Positions 7,209 through 18,376 of a DNA stretch of 41,698 nucleotides are shown here, piece by piece (positions within the stretch are counted from its first letter, which is position 1; each line of letters opens with the position of its first letter). The notes under the pieces are model-generated. The model saw only the letters and a list, made by a program, of their open reading frames with translations, ran no database searches and had not been told where the DNA came from. Both the position numbers and the translations under genes were made by a program. Origin of the DNA: a virus; the IMG/VR virus record IMGVR_UViG_3300045988_115336, positions 1-41,698 of that record, one strand, 5' to 3'.

Positions 7209-9953
7209 GATATTTTAAGTGCATTTGGGATGCAAGCAAGTGATGCAGGAATGGCAGCAGACCAATTTGCATATGCACAAGCTAACGCAAATACAAGTGC
7301 AGACCAATTAACAGAAGCGATGGCTAACTGTGGTGTTAATGCTAATGGATTTGGACAAGATTTAACACAAACGAATGCAGTATTGATGGCCTTATCTAAT
7401 GAAATGCTAAAAGGTGCACCAGCTGGTACAGCATTATCTGCGGTATTTAGAGATATGGGTAATGCAATGGAAAATGGTTCTATTCAAATAGGCAAGACAA
7501 AAGTAAAGATTACTGATGCCAATGGGGACTTCCTAGATATGACAGATATCTTAAAAGGAGTAGAAGAAGCTACAGACGGCATGAGTGAATCAGAGCGACA
7601 AGCTGCTCTATCTTCTACTTTTACAGCAGATAGTATAAAAGCTATGGGAATACTTTTAAATGAAGGTAGTGACAAAGTTGCTGGATATGCAGATCAACTA
7701 GAAAATTGTGGTGGTAGTGCTGAAAAAATGGCCGAAGTTATGAATGATAACCTTAATGGTCAAATAACTGCATTAAAATCAGCTTTAGAAGGTGCTGCAA
7801 TATCTATTGGTGAAGCATTATTGCCAATGATAAAAGGATTAGTAAGTGTGTTACAAGGCGCTTTAACTTGGTTTAATGGACTTAATAGCGGTGTTAAAAC
7901 AACTATAGTCACAGTAGGATTAGTAGTTGCAGCTATAGGGCCATTATTATTAATTCTAGGCTCTTTAGCAAGTGCAATAGGAAACTTAATAGAGCTGAGG
8001 GCATTGATGACTGAGTCTAGTGTGTTAAGTAGTGCGATAAGTAGAGTATCAGGACTATTTACTAGTTTAAGAAATGTGATTATAGGTTCGGTAATACCGG
8101 CTATACAATCATTATGGGCATTTATGCTAGCTAATCCAATAACTATAGTAATAGCAGCAATAGCAGCATTAGTTGCTGGATTTATATATCTTTGGAATAA
8201 CTGTGAAAGTTTTAGAAATTTCTGGCTTAATCTATGGGATAACATAGTTGAAGCAGTTGGCAAAGCTCCAGCAAGTGTTCAAGCTGCTTTTAATTCTATT
8301 ATGAATGTATTTAATGGAATAAAAACTTTTTTGGGTGACTTAGTTGGTGGAATAAAAACATTACTAGGAGACCTATTTAGTGGCAACTTCGGTAAATTAT
8401 CAGAAGATGTTCAAAAGCTAGGGAAACAATTACAAAAAGATTTTCAAAATATAATAGTGAGTTTAAGAAAATCTTTATTAGATGGAACAAATGCATTGAA
8501 AGATGCTTTTAGTAACGGATTAGCAACATTATTAGATCCTATAATAAATTGGGGTTATAGTGTTAATGGTTATTTTGGCGATGCTTTTACAGATTTATAC
8601 GGAACAATAGAAGATACTTTCAGTTTGATAGTAGACTATATAAGAGATTCAATATCTATTATGATTAGTATTTTTACTGGAGACTGGCAAGGGGCTTTGC
8701 AAGGTGTACAAAACTTATTTTCTAATTTAGGCAATAATATAATGACTATACTATCAGATTTATGGAACTTTATATCAGAAATATTTATGGGTATAGGACA
8801 AGTAATAGTCGATAAATTGTCTGAAGTAGGAACTAATATATCAAATTGGTTTACAAATACTTATAATTCATTTATACAATGGTGTACAAACCTTATAACA
8901 GGTATAGGACAATGGTTTAATGAATTGCCTTCTAGAATAGGATATGCATTAGGTTTAGCACTTGGAACAATAACAAGTTGGGTAGTAAATACATATAATT
9001 ATTTTGCAACTAATATACCACTTTGGATAGAGTCTATAGGACAATGGTTCTCTCAGTTGCCTTCTAGAATAGGTCAATGGCTAACAAATACATACAACAA
9101 TGTAGTTAGCTGGGGAAGTAACATGTTATCAAAAGCACAAGAGACTGGCTCAAATTTTGTTAATAATATGATTAGTTTTATACAAAATTTACCGAGCAAT
9201 GTAGCAAGCTGGTTATCTCAAACTTATAACAAAGCAGTTAACTGGGCTTCACAAATGGCATCAAAAGCACGTGAAGCTGGCTCAAACTTTATAAAAAATG
9301 TTATAAGTGCAATACAAAACTTGCCAAGTAAAGTATGGAGTTTATTGTCTCAAGCAATAAGTAAAGCTGCTAATTTTGTATCTCAATTCGGTCAAAAAGC
9401 TACTCAAGCTGGTAGAACATTTACAACAAATATAGTAAATGGAGTTAAGAGCATTCCAAGTAAAATGGTAAGTATAGGTAGCAATATAGTAAAAGGTATA
9501 TGGTCAGGTATTAGTGGGGCTGGAAGTTGGTTAAGAAGTCAAATTAGTAACTTTGCAAGTAATATTGTAAAAGGATTTAAATCCTCATTCAAAATTAACT
9601 CACCTTCTAAGATAATGAGAGATATAATCGGTAAAGGTATTGTAGAAGGTATAGGAGTTGGTATAGACAACGAAGAAGATAGTTTATTGACAAAAGCAGA
9701 TAAACTAGCAGGTAATGTAGTTGACACAATGAATGGTAATATTGCTACTACAAATTTATTTGACACTGCTAAGAGCTTAACAGATAGTATGGCGATAGCT
9801 AATCAAACTAATAGTAGTCAAGAAAATAACACAAATAGATTTGCTAGCTTATTACATATAGAAAACTTAACTATAAACGATGATAAGGACATAGAAACTC
9901 TAGCGAATGATTTAGCGTTTTATTTAAAAAGAAAAAACGTATTAACAGTATAA
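7209..9953 (+). CDS. Tape measure protein, exon 3
   Basis: 914 codons: DILSAFGMQASDA..., a hydrophobic central segment and long repeat-rich helices. The annotated ATG at 7206 lies inside the intron 3' end and has no RBS. Confidence 0.85.
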   Translation, partial: DILSAFGMQASDAGMAADQFAYAQANANTSADQLTEAMANCGVNANGFGQDLTQTNAVLMALSNEMLKGAPAGTALSAVFRDMGNAMENGSIQIGKTKVKITDANGDFLDMTDILKGVEEATDGMSESERQAALSSTFTADSIKAMGILLNEGSDKVAGYADQLENCGGSAEKMAEVMNDNLNGQITALKSALEGAAISIGEALLPMIKGLVSVLQGALTWFNGLNSGVKTTIVTVGLVVAAIGPLLLILGSLASAIGNLIELRALMTESSVLSSAISRVSGLFTSLRNVIIGSVIPAIQSLWAFMLANPITIVIAAIAALVAGFIYLWNNCESFRNFWLNLWDNIVEAVGKAPASVQAAFNSIMNVFNGIKTFLGDLVGGIKTLLGDLFSGNFGKLSEDVQKLGKQLQKDFQNIIVSLRKSLLDGTNALKDAFSNGLATLLDPIINWGYSVNGYFGDAFTDLYGTIEDTFSLIVDYIRDSISIMISIFTGDWQGALQGVQNLFSNLGNNIMTILSDLWNFISEIFMGIGQVIVDKLSEVGTNISNWFTNTYNSFIQWCTNLITGIGQWFNELPSRIGYALGLALGTITSWVVNTYNYFATNIPLWIESIGQWFSQLPSRIGQWLTNTYNNVVSWGSNMLSKAQETGSNFVNNMISFIQNLPSNVASWLSQTYNKAVNWASQMASKAREAGSNFIKNVISAIQNLPSKVWSLLSQAISKAANFVSQFGQKATQAGRTFTTNIVNGVKSIPSKMVSIGSNIVKGIWSGISGAGSWLRSQISNFASNIVKGFKSSFKINSPSKIMRDIIGKGIVEGIGVGIDNEEDSLLTKADKLAGNVVDTMNGNIATTNLFDTAKSLTDSMAIANQTNSSQENNTNRFASLLHIENLTINDDKDIETLANDLAFYLKRKNVLTV

Positions 9954-9965
9954 GGGGGTGTAGAA

Positions 9966-10724
9966 ATGGAATTTATAGAATACAGAGATCCAATAGTTTT
10001 ATATTTGGACGACAAACCTAGTACAGATTACGGAATAAAGGTGTATGAAAGTAATATCCTTTCTGCACCATCTAAAAAGTTAGAGTTTGTTGAAATAGAA
10101 GGAAGAGACGGAGCGTTAACAGTAGACAATGGATATGAAGATTTTATATTAAAATTAAGTTGTGTACTTGTAAACGAGCATGACGAGATTGAAACTACTC
10201 CAGCATTAGCAAGAAGAGCAAAGAAATTTCTTCTTAACGGAACAAATAGAAAAATACAATTAAGCGAGGATATGGATTACTATCTGTTAGGGACTTACAA
10301 TTCTGATATTGACATAGAAGAAGCAATTGAAAACTTTGGATTGTTTCAGGCACAATTTAGATGTAAACCTTATAGATTTTCAAATAAAAGCAAAACAGTA
10401 GAAATAATTACTAAAAATACTATAATAAAAAATGATGAATATAAAACTAAACCTGTTATCGATGTGTATGCAACAGGAGATATAACTCTTAATATAAATA
10501 ATCAAGAAGTGATTTTAAAAGCCTTAGAAGGGCATATACAACTTGATTGTGATTTAATGAATGCAACTACTGTTAATTCGCTTGGAAAAACAGTAAATGC
10601 AAATCATAAAATGTATAGTGATTTTCCAATATTAGAAGAAGGTAATAATAATATAACTTGGTCCTTAGGAAGTGGAGCAAGTTTTACTAAAATAAAAATA
10701 GATTATAGAATGGCGGTGATATAG
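9966..10724 (+). CDS. Distal tail protein (Dit-like)
   Basis: 252 aa, directly after the tape measure; GGGGGTG RBS; synteny. Confidence 0.65.
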   Translation: MEFIEYRDPIVLYLDDKPSTDYGIKVYESNILSAPSKKLEFVEIEGRDGALTVDNGYEDFILKLSCVLVNEHDEIETTPALARRAKKFLLNGTNRKIQLSEDMDYYLLGTYNSDIDIEEAIENFGLFQAQFRCKPYRFSNKSKTVEIITKNTIIKNDEYKTKPVIDVYATGDITLNINNQEVILKALEGHIQLDCDLMNATTVNSLGKTVNANHKMYSDFPILEEGNNNITWSLGSGASFTKIKIDYRMAVI

Positions 10725-13700
10725 TGATACCAAGAATTTATGATAATAGTTTTACAACGTATGAAAGCAATGGATTAGGTTTATTGGTAGATACTATATC
10801 TTGCCAAGTTGAAGAAGAATCAAACGGGGATTTTGAGTTAACACTTGTATATCCTTCCGATGGTTCTTTTTTTTATGCATTAAAACAAGATAATCTTATA
10901 AAAGCTGATGCATCTGACAGTCTAAAAGGGCAACTTTTTAGGATAGATACTATAAGCAAACCTTTAAATGGGCAAGTAACAGTATATGCAAAACATATTT
11001 CATTTGATTTAGCTAAAAACTCTTTAAACGAAGATATAAACGAAAGGAATATAAATTGTGAAAATGCTGGTAAGCATATGCTTCAAAAATCTGATGCTGA
11101 CAGTAGATTTTCTATTGAAAGTAACATAGAAATGCTGGGTAACTATAGCATGGATAGAAAAACAGATTGTTTATCTGCTATAGCTGGAACAAGAGGTTCT
11201 CTTATAGATACATTTGGTAATGGGCCTAAGCTTCTTAGAGATAACTTTACAATATCCGTACTTAATAGAAGGGGTAAAGATGATAACACTCTTATAGCTT
11301 ATAAGAAGAATATTACAGGATTTACATTAGAAGAGGATTACTCAGAAATAATTAATGTTATAAAACCTTATGCAACAGTTACAGATGAAGAGGGTAACGA
11401 ATCTCCTATATACATTGACGAAATAGGAGTAAAATCATCTAGATATGTAGAAGGCGATATAGTAAAAAGTCAATGGATAGATTTTTCTGATAAATTTGAT
11501 GAAGATGAAACTCCAACAAAAGAAAAATTAAAGAATCTAGCTGAAAAATATTTCAACGATAATAGCTGTGACCTTCCTAAAATGACTTATAAAATAGAAT
11601 TTCAACCACTTAGTCAAACTGAAGAATATAAGGAAGATGGATTGGATGAGTTGGAGCATATAGGCATGGATGACAGTGTCTATATAGCTAACAGTAAATA
11701 CAAAATAAGAGACCAAGCTAGAGTTATAAAAACAACTTATAACGTATTAGCAGATAAATATATATCTATAGAGTTAGGTGATCCAAAGACAACATTAGGC
11801 TCAATTATAAATAAATCTAATAACGATACTGTAACAAAAGATGAAGTAAAAGAGATTATAAAAAACAATAAAAAAGATTATCCTAATACATTGCCAGCAA
11901 TACCCGTTATAACTATAGATAGAGCTGGATTTAAGACAGTTTCTCTTAGTTGGGAGTATGAGAATAAGCCTTATTATTCTTATGAGGTATATGCAAGCCA
12001 AGAGCAAGGATTTACACCTAATGTTTTCGACTTAATTTTTAAAGGTCAAGCAAGTGCTTTTTTACATGAGGTTGAATGCTCACAAACTTGGTACTACAAA
12101 GTAAGGGCTGTAAATACTTATGGAAATGCTACAGATTTTTCAAAAGAAGTTAGCGCTACAACTTATAAAATCCAAGATGGGACAGAAATATTTGAAAATG
12201 CTGCAATTAAAGAAGCATTAATTGAAAGTTTAAATGCTGACAAAATTACTGCTGGAAAAGTCAAAGGTACTTATATTGATGCTAGAAATCTTACTGTAAC
12301 AGATGGAAACGGAGATACAACATTATCAGTGAGTTCCGATGGGGAAATAAGCATAAAAGAAGGATTAATACAATTAAATCAAGATGGAATAGCAGTAAAC
12401 CACACCAACCAAGAGAATACAGAAATTGCTAAGACAGTAATGGATGAAGAAGGATTTCGTATATTAGATAGAAATGGAAATGAATTAGCAGATATAGGTT
12501 CTCAAGGATCACACTTTGCAAATTTATCTGTAGATGGTGATTTTAGGCACTATCCTACAGCACAAATTATAGACCGCCAACCTAATTGGAACGCAGATTA
12601 TTATGTGGCAAAAATTGCAACTGGAGATGGCACAGGCAGGAATGAAGAAAACAAAGCAGACAGTCTACAAACTGTATTTGGATATATGAAATCTCAAGGA
12701 TGTATGTTTTTTAACAAGTTGACTATAAATATAGAGGCAGGTGTTAGAATAAGAGAAAAGATAGTCCTTAGAGACTTTCACGGAACACTTATGCAAATAA
12801 GTTTAGGCAAAGATGCCGTACTAAGACTTAAAGAGGGAAGTGCTATAGAAGATAATTATTGTAGAATACAATTCTACGGAGATACAAATACAAATATACT
12901 AGACGATGATACAACATCTGAAAAAATAAACAAGTTACCATGCATAGAAGTGGAGGGTAATAATGGAATAAGACTTGCAAGTAGTTCTTATGTTCAATTT
13001 GGTTGGATGAGACTAAGAGGAAAAGATAATAACAGCTATTTTGCAAATTTATACACAGGAGCTAATTTACATGTGGTATCCTGTGATATTTCAAATGTAA
13101 AAGCTCCAGCGTATGTAGACTCTACATCTAGGTTTACAATATCTTATTGTAGAGGGAATGTAGAAAAATTAGCTTATGCAGTAGGTGGAGCTATGATATC
13201 GAAATCAGTTCAGGTTCCAAAACATATAAATGATAGTGAAATATATTATCCGGCAGTTGACCTATCTGGTGGGTTAGCAGGGCAACTTATACAATATGAC
13301 ACTCTGTTCCAAGATACATACAGTAATGATACTGATACAAATACAATGAGAATCTTTCCTGCAATTAAACAATATACAGAAAGAGAAGGAGAAGGAACAG
13401 ATGACACGGCTAATCTTCTTAATCTTGTAGGACAAGGAAAGTTCAGCGAAGAATACAAATCTCTACATGGCTACGCAATATTTGCAGAAATGGTTAGCAA
13501 AGATACTATAAAAGCTGATACACTTCCCGAATTTGCTGAATCTAGAGAAAGTTATAAAATTTATATTAGAATGACGAGAGCTGATAATAATACTACTGCT
13601 CCAATACCAAGAGCTCGATTCCAACTAGAAAATGGTGAATATACTGCTTTCTATAAATTAGACCCATTAACAAGTCCAATAAATGGAGATGGTTCGGGAC

Positions 13701-16237
13701 AAATTACAGATTATAATGCAACTGAGGATAGAGAATTACCCGCAGAATTAGCAGATAAATTAGTTAAATTCGGGATTTATAGTATAGAATTCCAAGGAGA
13801 TACCGTAGAAGAATATCTAATAGTAGACAATATCCGATTAGTAATAAAAGGTGTAGCGAAAAAAGGAGATAGTGGGAGCATAGACACTACAGAAGTGAAA
13901 GCAATAGGTAAAATATTAGCTAATGCCCTTAATGTAAGAAAAACTCCTGGGATAAATGGTGAATATGCTGGATTACTTGTAAATGGGGATACAGTAGAAA
14001 TAGTAGGAGTTGACCCAGATACTGGATGGTACAAGATAAAATACAATGGTGAATATGCTTATATAACAAATAAATCTGAATATGTAGAAATAATCTCTGG
14101 TGATCCAAATGGTTCAACTACAGTTCAAAAAGTAGAAGTATTGGCAGAAAATCTTAATGTAAGAAGTGGACCAGGTACAAGTAATAGTTCTATAGGTATA
14201 GTACAAAAAGGATTTGTTGCAGATATATTAGAAACAGATAGTACCACAGGCTGGTACAAAATAAAATACAATGGTGAATATGGATGGATTACAAATAATA
14301 CAACTTATGTAAAAGTAACTACTGGAACAGCTACAGTAAGCCCAGAGTTGTATGACGGAGCAAAAGTGGCAGGATTTGCCGAAACTTATTATAACGCAAG
14401 AAATAATTATACATCTGCGAAATCTTGGGACAATGGATTTACTTACGGAGAAACTACTCCTTGTAGTAGCACAGCAAGTGGTGCTATGGGAGCAAATTAT
14501 AGTATATGGGAAAAGTCTGCCCAAGGGAATTACTGGAAGATGATTGATGATTCTACATTATTATTACTATGTCTTATGGGTTATTCTTATTCAGATTCTC
14601 CATATGCAAATCTCGTTAATTTCAACAATTATAGAGCTAATATAATGGCGAAGAATAGTGAATATACAGGAGCTATAGTTCCTACAAGTGGAACAACACT
14701 TGCGAGAACTTGTGCAGAAATTGCAAAATTCTTTTCAGATAGAGGACAAACAATTACTGTAAAAACTGATTATAGCAATATTCAAAAAGGGGATTTGATA
14801 TTCTACGCGGGTAAGACTAGCAGTGGCAATTATATCTATCCAAATAGATGGAAATGTATATCCAACGGTGCTATATGTATAGGTCAAGATACAGATGGAA
14901 ATGCTCAACTTATTACAGCTATGAGTAACCCTGGAGAGAAACACACAGATGGTTGGTTTGTGGGACTAAAAAAAGACCTTGTAAAAGACTATAATACTAA
15001 CACAATAGTATTAGTGATACGACCAAGTACAAAAGTAACAAGTGGTGGTTCTTCTAGTGGAGGAATTACTGTATCGAATATGCGTCAAACAATATGTGAT
15101 ACAGCAATGAAAATAGTCAATATGGGTACTAATCATACAGCATGGTACTCCCAATATTGGAGAACAACAAGTCTTAACAGTATGGTTACAATAAAGGGCA
15201 GAAGTGAAACAGTAGGTGGAACAACATACTATCAACCAAGTTGGGTTCAGGTAGGTGTGACATACGGGTTTGACTGTTCATCATTGGTAGGTTGCTGTTA
15301 CGAAAAAGCTGGTATGGGCTATATGAAAGGCTTAACTTGTAGTATGGGAACACTGCAGGCTACAGCTAAACAACATGGTGCAACATTTTGGAGATATGCA
15401 GATAGTGGATTCTCAAGAGCTAAGGCAGGAGACATTATTATGTTTGCGAATAACGGATACACCGTAACGACAAGCAATATGGCAACGGTAAAAACTCATC
15501 ACACCGCTATATACATGGGCAACGGATATATTGCTGAGGCGAGTGGCTACAAGAAAGGCATTATTTACAGCAAGTATAATCTTAGCAAACAAGCCTTCTT
15601 TATAAGATTGCCTGAGTTAGACAAAGCGGATAGCGCAAGTTCTACAGGAGGGACAACTGTGAAAGAGGAATATGTTAACTGCTTTAATGAAAAAGGAACG
15701 ATAGACGGCAAGAATTATATATACAGATTACACGATGCTAGATGTACTTGTTATGCAGCCGCAGAAAGTAACACAATAGGAGCAAGTGGACTTGGTACAC
15801 ATATGGGTAAAACAGTAGCGAGCCTTAATATTCCATATGGGACAAAAATATATATACCAGGTCTAAAGGGGCAAACTTGGACTAATGCCAATGGAACAAA
15901 AGTAACTCTAGATGGAGTTTTTACCGTTACAGATACGGGAGTCGGAATGTTTGATTTTGATATTGTAGCTGGTAGTACAGCAAGTGCATGTACAAGTAAC
16001 TATAAGAATCCTGGTAGATACGAGGTATATGTTTTAGAATGGGGGACAAGTACTAAGAGTACATGGAGTTATACTGATTCTTATGCATGGGCATATAAAG
16101 CAGGAACACTCACAAAATATAAAGCAGCATTTAAGAATTATATAACTAATGGAGGAGTTCTTATGAACTGTCTTAAATTCTACAATGATGATGCAAATAT
16201 AAGAAGTAGTACTTATTGGAATATATTAAATAGTTAG
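10724..16237 (+). CDS. Tail-associated lysin or Tal-like protein (1837 aa): prophage-tail endopeptidase N-terminus, FN3-like domain, two SH3-like repeats, NlpC/P60 domain, C-terminal 3D-like domain
   Basis: N-terminus IPRIYDN...ESNGLG. Two copies of TGWYKIKYNGEY. FDCSSLVGCCYEKAG...HHTAIYMG matches the NlpC/P60 Cys/His pattern. The C-terminus has ...FTVTDTGVGMFDFDIV. Confidence 0.75.
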   Translation: MIPRIYDNSFTTYESNGLGLLVDTISCQVEEESNGDFELTLVYPSDGSFFYALKQDNLIKADASDSLKGQLFRIDTISKPLNGQVTVYAKHISFDLAKNSLNEDINERNINCENAGKHMLQKSDADSRFSIESNIEMLGNYSMDRKTDCLSAIAGTRGSLIDTFGNGPKLLRDNFTISVLNRRGKDDNTLIAYKKNITGFTLEEDYSEIINVIKPYATVTDEEGNESPIYIDEIGVKSSRYVEGDIVKSQWIDFSDKFDEDETPTKEKLKNLAEKYFNDNSCDLPKMTYKIEFQPLSQTEEYKEDGLDELEHIGMDDSVYIANSKYKIRDQARVIKTTYNVLADKYISIELGDPKTTLGSIINKSNNDTVTKDEVKEIIKNNKKDYPNTLPAIPVITIDRAGFKTVSLSWEYENKPYYSYEVYASQEQGFTPNVFDLIFKGQASAFLHEVECSQTWYYKVRAVNTYGNATDFSKEVSATTYKIQDGTEIFENAAIKEALIESLNADKITAGKVKGTYIDARNLTVTDGNGDTTLSVSSDGEISIKEGLIQLNQDGIAVNHTNQENTEIAKTVMDEEGFRILDRNGNELADIGSQGSHFANLSVDGDFRHYPTAQIIDRQPNWNADYYVAKIATGDGTGRNEENKADSLQTVFGYMKSQGCMFFNKLTINIEAGVRIREKIVLRDFHGTLMQISLGKDAVLRLKEGSAIEDNYCRIQFYGDTNTNILDDDTTSEKINKLPCIEVEGNNGIRLASSSYVQFGWMRLRGKDNNSYFANLYTGANLHVVSCDISNVKAPAYVDSTSRFTISYCRGNVEKLAYAVGGAMISKSVQVPKHINDSEIYYPAVDLSGGLAGQLIQYDTLFQDTYSNDTDTNTMRIFPAIKQYTEREGEGTDDTANLLNLVGQGKFSEEYKSLHGYAIFAEMVSKDTIKADTLPEFAESRESYKIYIRMTRADNNTTAPIPRARFQLENGEYTAFYKLDPLTSPINGDGSGQITDYNATEDRELPAELADKLVKFGIYSIEFQGDTVEEYLIVDNIRLVIKGVAKKGDSGSIDTTEVKAIGKILANALNVRKTPGINGEYAGLLVNGDTVEIVGVDPDTGWYKIKYNGEYAYITNKSEYVEIISGDPNGSTTVQKVEVLAENLNVRSGPGTSNSSIGIVQKGFVADILETDSTTGWYKIKYNGEYGWITNNTTYVKVTTGTATVSPELYDGAKVAGFAETYYNARNNYTSAKSWDNGFTYGETTPCSSTASGAMGANYSIWEKSAQGNYWKMIDDSTLLLLCLMGYSYSDSPYANLVNFNNYRANIMAKNSEYTGAIVPTSGTTLARTCAEIAKFFSDRGQTITVKTDYSNIQKGDLIFYAGKTSSGNYIYPNRWKCISNGAICIGQDTDGNAQLITAMSNPGEKHTDGWFVGLKKDLVKDYNTNTIVLVIRPSTKVTSGGSSSGGITVSNMRQTICDTAMKIVNMGTNHTAWYSQYWRTTSLNSMVTIKGRSETVGGTTYYQPSWVQVGVTYGFDCSSLVGCCYEKAGMGYMKGLTCSMGTLQATAKQHGATFWRYADSGFSRAKAGDIIMFANNGYTVTTSNMATVKTHHTAIYMGNGYIAEASGYKKGIIYSKYNLSKQAFFIRLPELDKADSASSTGGTTVKEEYVNCFNEKGTIDGKNYIYRLHDARCTCYAAAESNTIGASGLGTHMGKTVASLNIPYGTKIYIPGLKGQTWTNANGTKVTLDGVFTVTDTGVGMFDFDIVAGSTASACTSNYKNPGRYEVYVLEWGTSTKSTWSYTDSYAWAYKAGTLTKYKAAFKNYITNGGVLMNCLKFYNDDANIRSSTYWNILNS

Positions 16238-16252
16238 GAGGGGTAGTAAATT

Positions 16253-18376
16253 TTGAGAGATTATGATATAGAAAGTGATCTAAAGCAGGAGAAATTTCAA
16301 AGCATAAAATTAGTGCAGGGAGACAGGGGCAATAAAATTAAAATAAATGTGTATGAAGATGGGCAACCAGTTAAACTTACTGGTTGCTCTATTACTGCCA
16401 AATATAAAAGAGCAGACGGAGAGGTAGTAGACGGAACAGTAGAAAATAAAACAGATAATTATTTTTACGCTGTTATGAATAGTAATATAACGAAAGTAGC
16501 AGGAACTTTAAAAATGTTATTTAGCATTGAAAAAGATGATGTCAAAGTTAGTACTTTCCTATTGTTTGCAGATGTAAGAGAAGGCATAGGAGAAAATACA
16601 GGAAGCTCAGGAGGGGATACAGAAGTAACAGTAGATCTAGAAGATTACCAAAAGAAAATGGACAATGGATTAGAAACAAAAAATAAATACATTGTTGGAG
16701 CTATTAATGAGGTAAATTCGCAATGTAAAGATATTGCGAATGAAAAACTTGATAAAAATACAACTGATATTTCAATATATCAAATTAACAAGAATTTAGG
16801 CAAATTTGACCAAACTTATATGACAGATGAATTTTTACAACAAATCGCAGGCAATGCGCCCATAAATGCCGTAGTTGGAGATAATACAATCTCAAAAGAT
16901 AAACTAATGAATGATTGTGTTGATTATAACAATTTAACATTTATTAAAAAATCAATTATGAATCTTTTTAATAAAAATTCTATTTCAAATGAAGGTTATA
17001 TTTTAGAAAAAAATAAATTAGTTGAAAATACAAATGGTTGTATCAGTGGCTATATACCAGTAAAAGGCAATACAATTTATACTTATTCTAGCGGTTGGAG
17101 TGGAGCTTGGTTCGATAGTGAAAAGACTTATATATCAGATAAACCTTATGGTGAATCAACTTTTACATCACCTGCAAATGCGAAATTTTATAAACAAAAT
17201 ATTAATATGCTTAATATAGATACAGTAATGCTTGTTGAAGGAAATGTATTACCACAAAATTATGTCAGTTTTGGCGAATATAGTATTGAGTTTGCAACTA
17301 AATTTAGTGAAAAAATTAAAGACAGTATAAATAATAATATTGCACCGAATAAAACAACTTTTCTGAAAATTGAAGATGATAACAACTTATTTGATAAAAC
17401 TAAAACAACCGATAATTATATAATTGAAACTAATGGTACTCTTGTAGCTAGTGATGTTGGTTGTATAAGTGATTTCATTCCTGTAGAGAGTGGTAAAACT
17501 TATTACTTTACAAATAATTGGAATGGTGCATGGTACGATGTTAATAAAGAATATATTTCATTAAAGGAATACGGGACTACTAATGGGGTTGCACCTTCGA
17601 GAGCAAAATTTTTAAGAATGTCTCTAAACATGAATTTAAAAGATACTTATATGATAATGAGTAGAACATTGCCGACATCATATGTTCCTTATTCTTTAGA
17701 AGGAAGTATAAATTTTTCAACTGAAAAGTATGCTAAAAATATTTCCGAACAATTAAAAAGAGTAGATAATAAATTAAAAGACAAAAAGTGGTGCGTAATA
17801 GGAGATAGTACAAGCGATAGTTCGAGTGAAGGTGTAAGGAAGTATCATAGTTATATCGCTGAGGAAACTGGGATAATTGTTATTGATAAAGCAAAAGCTG
17901 GTACTGGATTCATAAAAACTTACAATGCCAGTGAAAATATATGCGATAGAATAGACACTTTAACAGGAAATGAAGGATATGATTATATTACAATTTTAGC
18001 AGGTATAAATGATAGTGGAAGTTTTACTATAGGTCAATGTGGTGACACTACAAAAGATACTGTCTGTGGGGCAATTCATTATTGTTGTGAACAACTAACT
18101 AAAAAGTTCCCATTCGCAAAAATAGCACTTATAACTCCAACAAACACTACTTATAGATATGATTATAATAATAATATTAGAAAAATTGCAGATGAAATGA
18201 TAAAAATAGGTAAGAGGTTTTCTATAAAAGTTTATGATTTAAATGGAGAAAGTGGACTTTTCGTGTGGAATAAAACTTTCACCGATAAATATTTTCACGA
18301 CCAAACTCATCCAAACTCTTTAGCACACCAAAAACTAATAGCTCCGAAAATTTTGAAATTTTTAGAGAATTTATAG
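16253..18376 (+). CDS. Baseplate upper protein / receptor-binding protein: BppU-like N-terminus, two tandem paralogous domains, C-terminal SGNH/GDSL hydrolase
   Basis: TTG start after AGGAGGGG. N-terminus LVQGDRGNKIKI. An internal duplication (NLFNK...GCISGYIPV / NLFDK...GCISDFIPV). The C-terminus has GDSTSD...GINDSG...DQTHPN. Confidence 0.7.
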   Translation: MRDYDIESDLKQEKFQSIKLVQGDRGNKIKINVYEDGQPVKLTGCSITAKYKRADGEVVDGTVENKTDNYFYAVMNSNITKVAGTLKMLFSIEKDDVKVSTFLLFADVREGIGENTGSSGGDTEVTVDLEDYQKKMDNGLETKNKYIVGAINEVNSQCKDIANEKLDKNTTDISIYQINKNLGKFDQTYMTDEFLQQIAGNAPINAVVGDNTISKDKLMNDCVDYNNLTFIKKSIMNLFNKNSISNEGYILEKNKLVENTNGCISGYIPVKGNTIYTYSSGWSGAWFDSEKTYISDKPYGESTFTSPANAKFYKQNINMLNIDTVMLVEGNVLPQNYVSFGEYSIEFATKFSEKIKDSINNNIAPNKTTFLKIEDDNNLFDKTKTTDNYIIETNGTLVASDVGCISDFIPVESGKTYYFTNNWNGAWYDVNKEYISLKEYGTTNGVAPSRAKFLRMSLNMNLKDTYMIMSRTLPTSYVPYSLEGSINFSTEKYAKNISEQLKRVDNKLKDKKWCVIGDSTSDSSSEGVRKYHSYIAEETGIIVIDKAKAGTGFIKTYNASENICDRIDTLTGNEGYDYITILAGINDSGSFTIGQCGDTTKDTVCGAIHYCCEQLTKKFPFAKIALITPTNTTYRYDYNNNIRKIADEMIKIGKRFSIKVYDLNGESGLFVWNKTFTDKYFHDQTHPNSLAHQKLIAPKILKFLENL

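Noticed and set aside
7760-8263. 167-aa minus-strand ORF, plus the minus-strand ORFs at 7484-7675 and 9539-9766
   Set aside because: They are antisense to the well-supported tape measure exon 3 and are artefacts of a stop-poor antisense frame in a repeat-rich gene.
11801-15235. Multiple short minus-strand and alternate-frame ORFs inside the 1837-aa tail gene (for example 13777-14046, 14228-14524 and 14352-14543)
   Set aside because: All are embedded in a long, motif-supported CDS, and none has an RBS or recognisable motifs.
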